Position numbers and translations under genes: made by a program. The notes below the pieces were generated by a model. It searched no databases and was not told the origin of the DNA. It saw only the letters and a list, made by a program, of their open reading frames with translations. From Octopus sinensis (taxonomy: Eukaryota), in NCBI RefSeq assembly GCF_006345805.1, contig NC_043015.1, forward strand, positions 51,646,001 to 51,710,000: a stretch of DNA of 64,000 nucleotides. Reading direction: 5' to 3'. Each line of letters begins with the position of its first letter. Position 1 is the stretch's first letter. Positions 1 to 14,858 of the stretch are shown piece after piece.

Positions 1-1334
1 GAAAAAAACGGAAAAATTTACAAAGAACAAGTGCTAATTGTCGAATATTTATTTCTTTTTTACCTTAAACACCCCTAGCCGTCTTCTGTGCTACAGTAAG
101 CAGCTGGTATGTTATTTATTCCTGTCTTAGAAATGGGTTTTATTTTCGAAGCAATTTGCAGATAAACCATATTTTATTCTGATTTCTTGGTGCCACTATG
201 TTTTTAGATTGGACACATAGCAGATCTCTCCCCACATAACTAATTGGAAAATCTACAAAAGCGGGGGAAAATACTCATCTTATTGCTTTCTAAAAGTGTA
301 TATTTACTTTGAACAATTAAGAAGTGAAATGGTTTAAATATAATTGTTTTTAGTAATGAAAACTGTATGTTCTGAACCAGCTTGCAAACAAAATAGGGGT
401 TGAAACAATAATTTAGGGGCAGATTTTGTTGAAAATCACAGCGATCTTTGAGAAAAATCGTTTTGAATATAAACTTTTGTCACAAAAGACATTAACTGCA
501 GATGAAAAATAACTTGTTTTTAACAAAGGAACACAAAATGGAGAAAGCTGTAAATAGTTTTTGTAAAGATTTGGTGGAGGAATGCAGAAGAAACCATTTG
601 ATTAGGAAAAGTGAAAGGCTACCAAATGGTATTTAACCTAAAGTTTACATTTGTTTGTAGTTTTACCTGCTTCGACTTCCGTTAAAAATTCATTAATGCA
701 TGTTACTCACTGTTTCTAAATTCTTATAATATAACTTATTAGAAATGTTTAACGAAATGACAAAATTGGTTGGTCAGAGAAAATGGCGTTATACAAAGTA
801 CATGGATAGTTAGAATTCGATTCAGAGGTTGACATCTTTAGTCTTTAGTGTCTACTAAACAATTTGATTTGTGAGTGAAACAGCTAAATATATTCATTTA
901 TGTTAACACCTCGTTAGTATAATTAGTGGTGACGATGCCAAGACCTAATGAACTTTTGCTCAAAAACAAAATTATATAAATATATGTTCTCCATTTTTCG
1001 TCTTTTTCTGTACCATGTTCTCCGTTCTTTTGTCTTTGTTGCAGTACAGATTCACTAGCTTTCTTACAAAGGGGTCTAATGCTCTTAGCTTAGACATTTG
1101 GGGGGATAACCAGATCGAACCGTCTCAAATGTAACTGCCCGAAGCTGTCGTGACTTCTAGGACTTGATAGAGGAAAGAAGGCTACGAATGACCCGACTTT
1201 TTTTCTGCCTGTCCTTCTAATTGTTGTTTCTGTTGTCCACCTTGTATCGTCTAACTGTCTGAACGTTTTATTGCACTCTATTGAGTTTTAGTTCCATATA
1301 TATATGTTATATATATATATATATTAATATATAT

Positions 1335-1394
<60 letters not shown>

Positions 1395-1419
1395 TATATA
1401 TATACATATACCACTGCTT

Positions 1420-1615
1420 AATATGAGCGGAGGCTATGCGAGCAGGAACTAAAGGAACATTGCTAAGATCCACACTCAAAGATCAAATACATACATATAT
1501 TCATATATTCATTTATATCTACAGAACGGATATAAAATTCGACATTCATAAATATAATAATATATATAAAGAGATAAAAATCATATAATATATATATAGA
1601 TATATAAGAATCAGT
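1420..1615. repeat. Dispersed repeat fragment homologous to 54820-55010
   Basis: Collinear shared motifs (AAAGATCAAA.ACATAC, ATATTCATTTATATCTACAGAAC, ATATAAGA..ATC); the other copy adjoins a Penelope-type hammerhead motif. Confidence 0.6.
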
Positions 1616-1872
1616 GTTACATACAAAACACAGTGAATTTACGCTTAAAGTTTTAAAACATTGGTATAATTAAAAATTTGGGATAATAAAACATAAAAAG
1701 GCATAATAAATGATGTATAAAAATTCCAGAAAAAAGACAGAAAAAAACAAAATTACAAAAATCACAAAATTATTCACTGTTTCGGAGACGGGCCAATTAA
1801 TATGATACATTTCATATATTCGAAACTGACACTCCCCTCATCAAGATGTTTTTTACACACAATACATTTCTG

Positions 1873-2683
1873 GGATCTTTTCATTTTTGAAGCCAGGACC
1901 ACAGATCTTTCTACTTAACTAAATAATCTGAAACTTCGTATGCTGATAGAGTCTAGCAAAACAAGACACAGGTTGGAACTAGTTTATTTGAGAAAAATCT
2001 ATTTTATGACTTTAATCGTAGATTAAAACTGCGAATTTTAACCAATCAGATTGTTTGTTTTCATGTGTAAAACTTGACTGCATTCTATTAGTGTGACGTA
2101 GAAAGCGCTTTCGCCCGGCGTGCTAACGTTTCTGCCAGCTCTTTGCTTTTTTAATATTAAATTTCTTGCTTTTTGCACAAATAAATACAATAAGTGAAAT
2201 GAAACGCATTAGCTTAGAAACGAAATCTTGTTAGAAGCCTCGTCACTGAGATGCCACTTCTTAATAGCAAACGAAAGCAAGTACTAACAGAATGGAAACA
2301 TTTTCAATTAATACATGTGGCTTATTAACTAGTTTTAAATATTGTTATTAGAAGGTGGCTGACTATAGGATCCTGGAAACATGAGTACGTTAAATAATGA
2401 AGGAGATTTCACGGAGACATGCGGTTTATTTACATTTAAGAATGTTAATACGTCACCAAATTGGTGGTCGAGACGGAGTAAATAAAATAAAGCCGAATGA
2501 CGGAATATCATTGGTTAAAATTCTAATTATTAAACAACGTTAAACTTAGAAGTTACAATTCCGTTTTCATTCTGGTTTACAATTAAGTTTACTTTTGACA
2601 CATTCTACCAGTATACGAAGTTTCAAATTGTTTGGTTCAGTAGGAAAAATTTGAAAAAACTGGCTTCAGAATTGAAAAGATCC
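1873..2683. mobile_element. MITE, Merlin-like, with long imperfect inverted arms
   Basis: Ends GGATCTTTTCA...TGAAAAGATCC; 8-bp direct repeat CATTTCTG at 1865-1872 and 2684-2691; arms ~1873-2045 and ~2510-2683 are inverted homologues; termini match the element at 25427. Confidence 0.75.
2098..2141 (-). mobile_element. SINE head fragment (family D) inside the MITE
   Basis: Reverse complement GAGCTGGCAGAAACGTTAGCACGCCGGGCGAAAGCGCT matches the heads at 23011 and 51895. Confidence 0.7.
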
Positions 2684-3085
2684 CATTTCTGTGTAAAAAT
2701 GCACACTTTTAGCATTTTTACACACATTTTAGCATTTGGTTGGTATGTATTTGTACGATTTGTTTATATGTATTGTGTATTGTATTGTGTATTTCTTGCA
2801 TGTGTGTGTATGTGTGCATGAGGTATGTCTGTGTCTGAATGCGTGTGTTTGGGTGTATCCATTTGTGTGTATGTGTGTGCGAGCGAGCGAGCGCGTGTAT
2901 CTGTGTGGTATGAAAAAGTGTACGAATATGTTGAAGATATATTATTCGTATGTAATTTATTCAAGAACAAGAAGGAAGGCGATCGAGAATGAATATTTGT
3001 TTTTGTTTGTGGCTAGACAGATTGATAGAGTAAATGAAAAAGAAAGAAAGAAAGAAAGAAACAGAGAGAGGGGAGAGAGGGCTAG

Positions 3086-3122
<37 letters not shown>

Positions 3123-3489
3123 AAAGGGGGTCATAGAATGTGGCAGATTGTAGAGTTGGGGATTCTTGTGTTTTTATTGTGCCTTTCATTGGCTAAGTTC
3201 ATGCGGCGGTCAACAGCAGAAAAAAAAAACAGCTCACGAAACACCGATGTTTGACCTAAGGAAGGAATTTTCCAATTCCGAAATGAAGATGAAAACTTGG
3301 TTTGTTTTCTATTTTTTTGGGGGGGATATTGTATTTATTTATGTGATATGTTATAGGGAGAGGTGACGATGAGGCGGACATTCATTGATTGACACTCATA
3401 ACACATCGTGCTGGTACCGTGGCCGCCTTCGTCGTCATTTCGTCATTGCTGTTCTCTTTCTTCTTCGGGAGTGGTATTAGAGTATAGTG

Positions 3490-3719
3490 ATAGTGACGGT
3501 GTGGTGGTGGTGGTGTCGCGGTGGTGGGGTATGGCGGTGGTTGTGTCGTGGTGGTGGTGGTGGTGGTGGTGGTGTGGTGGTGGTGGTGGTGGTGATGGTG
3601 TCGTGGTGATGGTTGCTATATGATGATGATAAGGATGATTTTGGTGAGGCGGAGGACGACGACGACGATGCTAAAGACAACAACGATGACGATAATGAAT
3701 AAGATGTTGATGATGATGG

Positions 3720-3765
<46 letters not shown>

Positions 3766-3990
3766 GATGGTGGTGGTGATGGCGATGACTATGACTACGT
3801 TGACGACGACGGTAACGATGCTGATGTTGGTGGCAGTGGTGGAAGGGATGTTGGGATAGTGGTTGCTGTACTCTCTAGGAGGATGTGATGTAGATGTTGG
3901 CGGAGGAGGGATCCACTAGTGGTGTAGTTGCTGTACTTTAGCAGCAGCAGCATCAGTAGTATTAGTAGTAGTAGTAGTTGTAGTAGTAAC
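3490..3990. repeat. Compound (GGT)n/(GAT)n/(GTA)n microsatellite
   Basis: Directly visible trinucleotide runs. Confidence 0.9.
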
Positions 3991-4093
3991 AATAATGATA
4001 ATAAAATTAAAGTGAAGATCAAATAAACAGTGCGTGTGTTTAATTGACAAATGATGACCGTAATCATTAACACTATATATATATATAGACGTG

Positions 4094-4165
<72 letters not shown>

Positions 4166-4216
4166 TATTATATATATAATATATTATAATATATATATAT
4201 TTATATAACGATAAAC

Positions 4217-4503
4217 GTCGCCCTTTACAAGCCTAGCCAGGTTCATGGTCTTGGTTTCCCGGTTTCAATGGCGTATGTGTTCCCTCCAGCTGGACGGGAC
4301 GCCAGTTCATCGCAGAGTTACTCAAGAAACAGGAAGAGAGGGTGAGAGAAAGTTGTGGCGAAAGAGTACAACAGGGGTCGCCACCATCGCCTGCGGCGTT
4401 TCGTGGAACTTTTAGGTGTTTTCATCCAATGAACACACACAACGCCCGGTCTGGGAATCGAAACCGCCATTCTCCGACCGCGAGTCCGCTGCCCTAACCA
4501 CTG
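4217..4503 (-). mobile_element. tRNA-derived SINE, family A head (OR1-like) with GGCGTCCCGTCCAG-type tail
   Basis: Minus strand CAGTGGTTAGGGCAGCGGACTCGCGGTCG...GGTTTCGATTCCCAGACCGGGCG (pol III box A/B), collinear with the copy at 24557. Confidence 0.85.
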
Positions 4504-4553
4504 TAATATATATATATATATATATATAATTCAAAATAAAAATGCGTGTGTGT

Positions 4554-4596
<43 letters not shown>

Positions 4597-4675
4597 TAAT
4601 ATATATGTATATATACATATATATGTATATGTATACGCATGTTCTCTCTCGGTGTATTAATATATATATATAAAC

Positions 4676-4706
<31 letters not shown>

Positions 4707-4745
4707 CATACTATACATATACATATACATATATATATATATATA

Positions 4746-4789
<44 letters not shown>

Positions 4790-4953
4790 CGTATATTCTC
4801 TCTGTCTCTCTATTAATATATATAATGTATAAACTATATGTATATATATATATATACACATAGGTGTGTGTATATTTATAGAAGTATATATGTATACACA
4901 CATATTCATGCACATACATATCTATATCTATATCTACTATATCTATCTATCTA

Positions 4954-5002
<49 letters not shown>

Positions 5003-5637
5003 ATATGCACTAATGTGAAATGTAATACAGAACAGGCTTTGTTACCCAGAACAGATTTGCTATTAAACAGGAAAAAGCAAAATTGCTACAAGGCTGCGTC
5101 AAAATTTTCGTTTTACTGCGGCAGAAGTGAACATATTTCGAAATAATCAAGAATCGGGAGAAAAAAGAGGAAATGGTAAAAATGATTAACCGACGGCGAA
5201 ATCTTCTTTGCAAAGCTATCAGATTTCCTGAGAAGATAGATACAAACGTAATATGTTGTAAGATCTACACTGAATGATAAACGAGAGGAACTTCCTTAAA
5301 GACGGAGAACAAGAAAAGCGATATACATACGTGTGTATATGTGTCTGTGTATGCGTGTGTATACATTCATTCTCCTACATGTATACATTATATATGTACA
5401 TATTATATATATATATATTAATATGTTGTGCGTATGTATATTTTTCATTATATGTATATACATATATTTACCTAAGCACACATACACACACACACATATA
5501 CATATATGTGTATGATTGTTGTGTATGTGTGTGTGTGTGCATTCATGTATGTATGCATACAGATAATATGTCGTACTGCTTTTCAATAATGTTCATCTTT
5601 TCCATAATCACTGTAAGCTACAAATACATACACACTT

Positions 5638-5654
5638 AGAAGATAGGTAGATTA

Positions 5655-5718
<64 letters not shown>

Positions 5719-5722
5719 CTAA

Positions 5723-5787
<65 letters not shown>

Positions 5788-5856
5788 CCGATAAACAGAC
5801 AGATAAATGGATGGATTGATGGATGGATAGATAGATAGATAGATAGATAGATTAGC

Positions 5857-5890
<34 letters not shown>

Positions 5891-6179
5891 CAGATATATA
5901 GAGAGATAAAGAGGTAGATCGATAGATAAAGGGATGGATTATTGGGTAGATAGATAGAGACAGACAGACAGACAGCTAGCGTGATAGACAAACAGACAGG
6001 CAGACAGATAGATATATCGACAGACTGATGAATAGATAGATAGAGAGAGAGTGAGAGAGAGAAATAGATAAAAGGATGGATAATTGAGTAGAGAGACAGA
6101 GGTAGAGTGATCGATAGACAGACAGACAGACAGGCAGACAGACAGGCAGGCAGACAGGCAGGCAGACAGGCAGGCAGGC

Positions 6180-6270
<91 letters not shown>

Positions 6271-6272
6271 CA
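5638..6272. repeat. (GATA)n/(GACA)n/(GA)n compound microsatellite
   Basis: Directly visible. Confidence 0.95.
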
Positions 6273-7184
6273 TGTAGCTATATTTTCACATCAGAAAAAG
6301 TGTCGATCGATGTAAGTCGTTCATTCAACCCAAAGAAAGGATATTTATTAAAACGAATCCGTTGAGGACACCCAAAGTGAAATGCATGCTGCTAAAGATC
6401 AAAGCATTTCGATGTCACCGCTACTTGAGAACGGAAGTTGGATGATGGAGTTCAAAGAATGTAACATCGATACAGGCAGCAGAGTTTGTCATGAGAAACT
6501 ACTTGACCACATGTGCTTTAAACCCATCGATATTGTACCTTGGTAGGAAGGCGGTGGTGGTGGTGGACTCGTTGCATAAAGGAAAAAAAACTGCTTTTGT
6601 AATGATGATGATGAAGATAAAGAACGACTGGTGCCTTCAGCTGAATCAAAAAGAAAGAAAGAAACACAAGTTAGGAAAAAAAGAAAGATGGCCGATGGCA
6701 ACGTGGGAACAACGAGAAAGCAAAGGAGGAAGAGTGAAGGAGAGAGAGAGAGAGAGTGACAGACTGAGAACGGGGAAGGGGAGAGGAAAAGAATGAGAGA
6801 ATGTATAAAAGAGAAAAATGAGAGGGGGCGATGGGGATATAAAAAGAATTAGAGAAAGGAAGGGACAAAACAAAAGAGTAATAGAGTAGAATAGAAGTGC
6901 CGCATCAGAATTATTAAGTGAAAGCTTACTTGGAAACGGATGCGTGCCATTCAATCATATTATGATATAAAATAATATATAATAATCATATATACATACA
7001 ATTATACATAGATATAATCATCTATACATTTGCAGATGTGGGCAAAGGATGTCACAGAACGTAAAGAAGAAAAAAATACGAAATACGAATACATGGAAGA
7101 GGACGTTTTTTTGCGAACAATGAAATAAATAAATGGAAAACGATAACCAACACAAAAAAACGACCGTATCTACCTATCTATTTA

Positions 7185-7235
<51 letters not shown>

Positions 7236-7785
7236 ATCTATCTATCTATACGTACATACATATAGTTAAGTATACGTTTGCATGAATGCATGTAATTCGA
7301 TATATGTGTGTATGTGCTTAGGGTTACGTATATATGTTCTTGTGCTTATATGCTTATGTTTGTTATTCGTCTGTCCGTATTCTTATTTATACTGTTCAAT
7401 GTACATACTACTATGTATACGTGTGCAGGTGTGTGGGTGTGTGTGTTTGTGTGTTTGTGTGTTTGTATTTGAGCTCAAGTGCATATTTGTATGCGAGTGC
7501 GTGTGTGATTATGCGTGCGATGATAAATACACTTTATGAGTGTTCCCTGTATGCGTACGTGCTATATATATGTGCGTGTGTATTTGCGTGTGTGTCTATA
7601 TATGTATATATATATATAGAGAGAGAGAGAGTGGGGGAGAGAGACATACACAGATTTATATATACATACATATACATATATATATATATATATGCATACG
7701 TAAATATGTATACATGTATATATGTATATATCTTTACATAAATATACATATACATACATATATATATACACATATATACATATGC

Positions 7786-7854
<69 letters not shown>

Positions 7855-8519
7855 AAATAGAGAGAGAGACAGAGAGAAAGAAAGAGATGTTGTGTATATG
7901 TGTTTATATGTATAAATATGTATATGTATATATATATATGCACACACACAGACATTTGCAAACACGTGTATTTATATGTGTGTGTGTGTGTGTGTGTGTG
8001 CGTGCGTGGTTGTGGGTGTATGTGTGTTTGCAAGTATGTGAGATTATATACATTTGTATATATTTGTGCTTACGTATTCGTTGATATGTGTCCGCATGAG
8101 AGGGAAAATTGAAGTGTTAAATTAAAAGCATAATCGTACAAAGGTTTCGGTTTAAATATTATCAAGGAAAAGAAAAAAAATACAAAAACTGCAAAACACA
8201 AAATAATAATAAATTTTATGTTTTGTATAATTCAATTAAGTATATTCCAATATATTTTGTATTAGTGAATTTCAGTAAGTCAAATACTTATTTGCATGTC
8301 TTTTCCATGTATTTCACTGTGTATTGGCATTATTCTGTTTCATTGTATGGACTTTTAGATGATATGGCGGTACACTATGGAAGATAGTGATTAAATATTA
8401 ACGTTCGCAGTTTTCTTGAGTAAAGTAATTTTATGGTATGTCCTGTAAATTCAAGTTCCTAATTGCCTTTATATAATGCAGCGATACATACATATACTTA
8501 TATATGTCTCTCTCTCTCA

Positions 8520-8587
<68 letters not shown>

Positions 8588-8837
8588 TATATATATGCAT
8601 ACACACACACACATATATATATATGAATGGATATGTATATTTATGTATAATTATATGCATATGTATGCACATATACATATGTACATATATATGTATGTAT
8701 ATATGTATATACATATATTTATATATATGTATACATATGTATATGCATATATATATAAATGTATATATATATGTGTATATATATAAATATATAGATGCTA
8801 TATATCATATACGTATATATATACATTTATACATTTA

Positions 8838-8936
<99 letters not shown>

Positions 8937-9327
8937 ATACATGTGTGAATATATATGTATGTATAAATACATATGTATGTCTGTATACTAAAGTGCAATG
9001 AAATATAGGAAATAAAATTTAAAAATCTATGCTAAATCTAAATTTTAGCATTATAGTTTAAAATTGGCCCATGTTTCACATTTTATCAGGAACACAACAC
9101 ATGTATAAATGTAGGCATAAATGTCTCCCCACCGAAGTGCACTACATGTTTATGTTTAATGTGTTAGAAAGTAATACATTTTAGATTAATCTATGTTTAT
9201 ACTGGAAGTTATTAAACTGCAGACGTGTCACTATACGTAAGTGGAACTGAAGAAGCTGGCACACACATTTACAGTCATACCTGAGATTCATATATGAGTG
9301 TGGAGACTTTAAGCAAATTTCTTCATT

Positions 9328-9392
9328 TATAGCCCCGGACCGAGCAAACTCTTATGTGTGAGTTTGGTAGACGGAAACTGAAAGAAGGCCTA
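9328..9392 (+). mobile_element. SINE family C internal fragment
   Basis: TATAGCCCCGGACCGAGC...TTTGGTAGACGGAAACTGAAAGAAG matches 23637 and 33668. Confidence 0.65.
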
Positions 9393-9569
9393 ATTTTCGA
9401 AATGAGGAGTAGATAGACAGCCAACAACTGATGAAGAGTCGTTCTTTTTCTTACTTGTCTTGTATTCCATTCGTTTCTCTCGTTGTTTGCATCCCAAATT
9501 TGTCTTTGTATTTCAAGTTGCTTTCGTATTTCGTATTTCATGTTGTTTACATTTTGTGACGTCCCTGTA

Positions 9570-9616
<47 letters not shown>

Positions 9617-9716
9617 TTATATGTACCTATCTATGTATGTATACATGAATATATATATATGGCTTGCTTATTTTATATGAGATAACAATCAATAATCAAT
9701 TATTAAAACATCAGAA

Positions 9717-9790
9717 GGCCAGCACTTTGTTTCGACTTTATACATTTTTTGATATATAAGCAATACATTTATATATGTCTCATCAGAGCC
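9717..9790 (-). ncRNA. Degenerate minimal type I hammerhead ribozyme motif
   Basis: GGCU-CUGAUGA-GAC...GUC-GAAAC-AAAG-UGCU-GGCC: core and stem II intact, U16.1 replaced by C. Confidence 0.5.
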
Positions 9791-10382
9791 AGAATTTAAA
9801 AATAGACAATATTCCGTGAGAGAGGGCGGCTAGAGCATAAAAAATAATTCAAATGCCTATGTATTATGAGCGTGAGTTTTAACTGTTCAATTACATATCA
9901 ATTACAATTAAAAATCTATAAAAAAATGTTTAACGGAGTAAATAATTAAGTGTAATCTACAACTATTGAAATATATTTCTTTATATCTCAAATAATATTA
10001 ATCATAACTAGTTTATGTCTAAGAGAATCTTTCGCTATTATAACATAAAACAATATATATGTGTACATAATTAAGTATCAGGGTCTTGCTTTATCTAGAA
10101 TTGTAATAAAACGTGTGAAAATATTATAAATGATAATTATATCTTTAATATATAATAACTCTTCTATTTATTTAAAGTTACTGATATAAGAAAATATTAT
10201 TTACAGTAACTAATAGGAATGTTCTATAATTATTGTTTATCAGAGGGATAATTCCGTAATAAATATGAATAGAAACTTAATTTTTAAAAATACATTCCAG
10301 TCTTTCGTCCACCGATATACTGTTTCCTCTTTATTTTCCTATCACTGTCAAATCTGTTTCTATTTCTCAATTGTAATTTCTT

Positions 10383-10422
<40 letters not shown>

Positions 10423-12670
10423 CAATTTAGTGGCCAGCTTAGAAAGAGGCTGCAATGTCAATCAACATGAAGCGACAGGAAGACATTTGAATATTTCCTG
10501 AGATGATTAGGAGAATGGAGAGTTTTATCTATTTGGTCGTTTGAGGAAATGTAGAAAGCACTTTCTTTCATGAAATAATCAGCTCCAATTTGGAATTTAA
10601 TAATTTGAGGGGTGGAATTTTTCTGTAAAGTAGACTAGACGACCATAAATTCCACAAAATTTTTAAAAGGTTTAGTTAAAGCTGCTCAAATGATTGATTT
10701 CTTTTCTTTCCTAGCTAACATTAACAGGAAAAAAAACCCTAGACTCCTGCAGAAAATGATACTGAACATCGTTGCAACTACCTCAATGAAAGTACATAAG
10801 CTCTAAATAATAAATACTGTCAAATAGATATCGTTTACTGTGCTAAATTCACAACCAAATTACATCGACGCTACAAAGTCCCACATAAGCATCACTGAGG
10901 GCACATTTAAGCGAACTCTGAACCATATTTTGCAAAACCTAGCCCTTAACGACACAGTCATGCTTTTATAAGGGGGATTATTTGTGAGTGTTCATATATG
11001 TGTGTGTATAAGTACATGCTTCATTATGTATGTGTGTGTGCAAGATTTTATTTGAATATGAATACAGAGTGAATATGGATGTGTGTGCGTGTTTAAGTGC
11101 ATGCTATATATGTGCGTGCGTGTGTGTGTTTGCATGTGTGTTTGCGTACGTGTGTGTGTCTGTGCGAACGTGGTCATTTAAATAAGAATGTGTAGTAGTG
11201 TGTATGTGTATGTATGTTTTTGAGTGTCTGCGTGTGTGTCTATGCATGTGCGTGTGTGTGCCTGCTTGTGGTTATGCATCTGTTTGTGTGTGTGTTTATG
11301 TGTGGATATGTTTTTGTGTCTGAGTGTGTACGCGTGTGTGTTTCTCTGTGCCTGTTTGTGCGTGTGCGTGCGTGGTTGTGTGTGTGTGTTTGCGTGCGTG
11401 TGTGTTTGTGTGTGTGTATGTATGTATGTGGGCGCATTCGGGCTTAATTTGAACGTAGGTCGTGAATCAACTATTGCTTTAACATTCGCTTAGATTCCCT
11501 CAATTTATTTCGAGAGAGAGTTGTACGCCATCATTACAGAGATAAATTATATTCTGCCAGTGTGTGTGTGTATGTGTGTGTGTATGGAGGTTTAGTTTAT
11601 TATTGTTGTTAATTTTTTTGCTTACGTATTACTGCCTTTGTTGTTGCCGTTGTTATTCCGTCTTTATCTTACATGAATGGATTAACGGAAACTGTCATTC
11701 ATGGATAATACAAAAATTATTAGCTGTCGTTTTAGAATACAGTAGACAAAAGCCCAAAAACACTTTTGTTTTTAAGCGGCGAACAAGACAATTACTTAGA
11801 CTTTCAGCTATTAATATTAGTCGTCATCGCCAATTGTAAACGATATCCGCAACAGATTGTAGTCAACCTGCAGCTCTTTAGAAACTGCTAACCTCTGTCT
11901 GGAGTAATATAAGGTCTCCCTTCAAACAGCTATAGATTGCGGTAGCGTATAATAATTACTCTATTAGGGAACCGCTTGTTTATTGTAGTAATTTCGTAGA
12001 CAGTATGAAAATATCCTGTTTAATTACCAAGAGAAACTATAAAACAAAAGCGAAAAAGAAAATTTTGAAAAGAATCTCTTGTTTTCTTCCGTTTTTGGTT
12101 CCTTGGTGATTATTATTTCTTTAGTCTGTCTAAATTGTCGAATATATTCATTTTTCATGGCTTTTAATTGCTGACATTGTCATTCTGAATAGCTGTATGA
12201 AGAATTAATACGTCGTTTGCGCGGTGTAAACGTATTAAACTTGTCTCATTGAGTATGTTTGTTACTAAAACAATTGTCTAGCTTTACTGAATGACCGACC
12301 ACGTGAGCGATCTCTTCTTTCAGACGTTGAATAATATTGCTATGGCACGTTGGGATACGATACGTAATTTTTTATAGTCATACTGAAACAATACATGACA
12401 GTTTACGTTGGCGATCAGCTGCTACAAATGGTAGGAGATATGGTCAGACAATTATCAATTTTCAGTCTGCCATTTTAAATCGAACAAAATATATTAGGCT
12501 ATGTAGTCTATGAAATACAAGAAAAAAGAGAGAATTGTCACCAGGCAATGCCTTTAGCCCTAAAATTAGCCAATGCAGTATTCAGCAACATCTGTATTAG
12601 AATTATGTGAGTACAATACAAGAAGTCTTTTCATTTTGCTCCCAAATTATTTCATGTCTTATATAAACTT

Positions 12671-13056
12671 ATTTCTTTATTGCCCACAAGGGGCTAAACA
12701 AGGACTTACAAAGGGATTAAATCAATTACATCGGCCCCCAGTGCGTAACTGGTACTTAATTTATCGACCCCGAAAGGATGAAAGGCAAAGTTGACCTCGG
12801 TGGAATTTGAACTCAGATAATAAAGGCAGACGAAATAACTGTTTCTTTACGACCCACAAAGGGGCTAAGCACAGAGAGGACAAACAAGGAGAGACAAACG
12901 GATTAAGTCGATTATATCGAACCCAGTGCGTAACTGGTACTTATTTAATCGACCCCAAAAGGATGAAAGGCAAAGTCGACCTCGGCGGAATTTGAGCTCA
13001 GAACGTAGCGGCAGACGAAATACGGCTACGCATTTCGCCCGACGTGCTAATGTTAC
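12671..13056 (-). mobile_element. SINE family D, tandem dimer (~185-bp unit)
   Basis: Two collinear units with box B GAGTTCAAATTCC and TTTCATCCTTTCGGGGTCGATAAATTAAGTACCAG; same family as 51895-52465. Confidence 0.85.
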
Positions 13057-13057
13057 T

Positions 13058-13170
13058 GTAAGTACTAGGCTTACAAAGAATAAGTCCTAGGGTCGATTTT
13101 CTCGACTAAAGAAGGTACTCCAGCATGGCCGTAATCAAATGACTGAAACAAGTAAATGAGTAAAAGAGTA
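13058..13170 (+). mobile_element. SINE family C 3' fragment
   Basis: AAGTACTAGGCTTACAAAGAATAAGTCC...CCAGCATGGCCG...GAAACAAGTAAATGAGTAAAAGAG tail. Confidence 0.8.
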
Positions 13171-13202
<32 letters not shown>

Positions 13203-13780
13203 GAGAGAGAGTGAGAGAGAGAAAGAGAGAGAGAGTCAGACAAACATGTATATAGAAAATAAACACAAAGCTCCTTATGGCCATTAGTAATCCATAATTT
13301 TCGCTTTCTTTCAATTTTTATAAAAACAATATAAACAAATACGCATGCGCGTGTATATAGCAGTGCGTGTTTTTCCGTACAGGTATGTGTGTGTGTTCTG
13401 TAACACATTTTTTTGCATTAATATCGTTGGGACCAAATGATCTTCAGAGATATATATTAAGAGGTCTTGACAATGAGTTCCTATCTACTAGCTTAACTAC
13501 ATTTGATAGATAATCAAATCGATCAAATCAATTCTTATATTCAATATCTCAAAGTTGGTGAGATACTATAATATTTAGTGCGTCAAACACAACGGAAAAT
13601 TCATCCGACTTGACATATGCTGAGCATGTACCAGGATGCAAAGTATGTGCCATTGGAAAGGCCAAAAAAGGCCGAAATACATTTGTCGCGAACCGTACTT
13701 GCTGCTGAGAATGTTCCTCTGTCTCCCCACTTCTCTCTATTCCCCACTCATACAAACATTCTTTCTCTCTCTCACACGCA

Positions 13781-13811
<31 letters not shown>

Positions 13812-13813
13812 CA

Positions 13814-13850
<37 letters not shown>

Positions 13851-14514
13851 ACATAAACTATCTCTTTCTTATATATTTATTGTATTTTTAACACAGCGTG
13901 TTTATAAAATATATTATCCCAGGATACATAAAGCAGTAACTCTCCGAATAGCAGTATATATATAATATATATATATTGAGTATTATACATAGACAGCAAT
14001 AAAAATGTAAGTTTAAAAGTTTCTAATTTTCATTTTCTGTTTGTCCTTACCTTTTGGTATGAGCAAGTTATGAAAACCATTTATCGGAAGATTTTCATTT
14101 CAAAATTCTTTAAATATAACTAACTGAATAAATGTATTAACCATATGGGTAGTATATAACACATAATCAAATAATGGTACAAATATCGATCTATGGATCG
14201 AAGATTTTCCGATAATATATATAGTAGGATGTGCTTATAGATCCTGATGAATGAGCCGTTTAACGGACGAATGTTTCGCCTGGCAGAACTATAAGCTGCA
14301 AATGCCTTTTATGCTGTAAAAGTAGTTTTGGTCTGTAAAATTAAAATCTTTATTGTTTTGCTAACGCTCAATAAAAATGTCAAATAAAAAGCACTGTTTG
14401 TAGCTTTTATTGGAGTCTTACGCGATATATATATATCCATATATATATATATATATACATATATATACACATATATATTATATACATACATATATGTACA
14501 TATATATACATATA

Positions 14515-14553
<39 letters not shown>

Positions 14554-14595
14554 CATATAATATATATGGAGAAATAGATTAGATACATATACAGC

Positions 14596-14632
<37 letters not shown>

Positions 14633-14728
14633 ATATGTATACATGTGTGTTTAAATATATCCTATATGTATATATATATATACATACGTATATGTATATA
14701 TATACATATACATATGAATATATAATAC

Positions 14729-14774
<46 letters not shown>

Positions 14775-14785
14775 TATAATATATA

Positions 14786-14858
<73 letters not shown>

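Noticed and set aside
1-660. Possible DNA transposon remnant
   Set aside because: No TIR, TSD or transposase motif could be identified.
6352-6543. Stop-free frame in unique sequence
   Set aside because: Short, with no acceptor and no recognisable motif.
13651-13687. GGCC-A6-GGCC-GAAAT...GTC hammerhead-like stretch
   Set aside because: CUGANGA has 3 or more changes and stem I does not pair.
14233-14296. Hairpin with CTGATGA on one strand and GAAAC-N4-GTC on the other
   Set aside because: The core halves are on opposite strands, so no hammerhead topology can be built.
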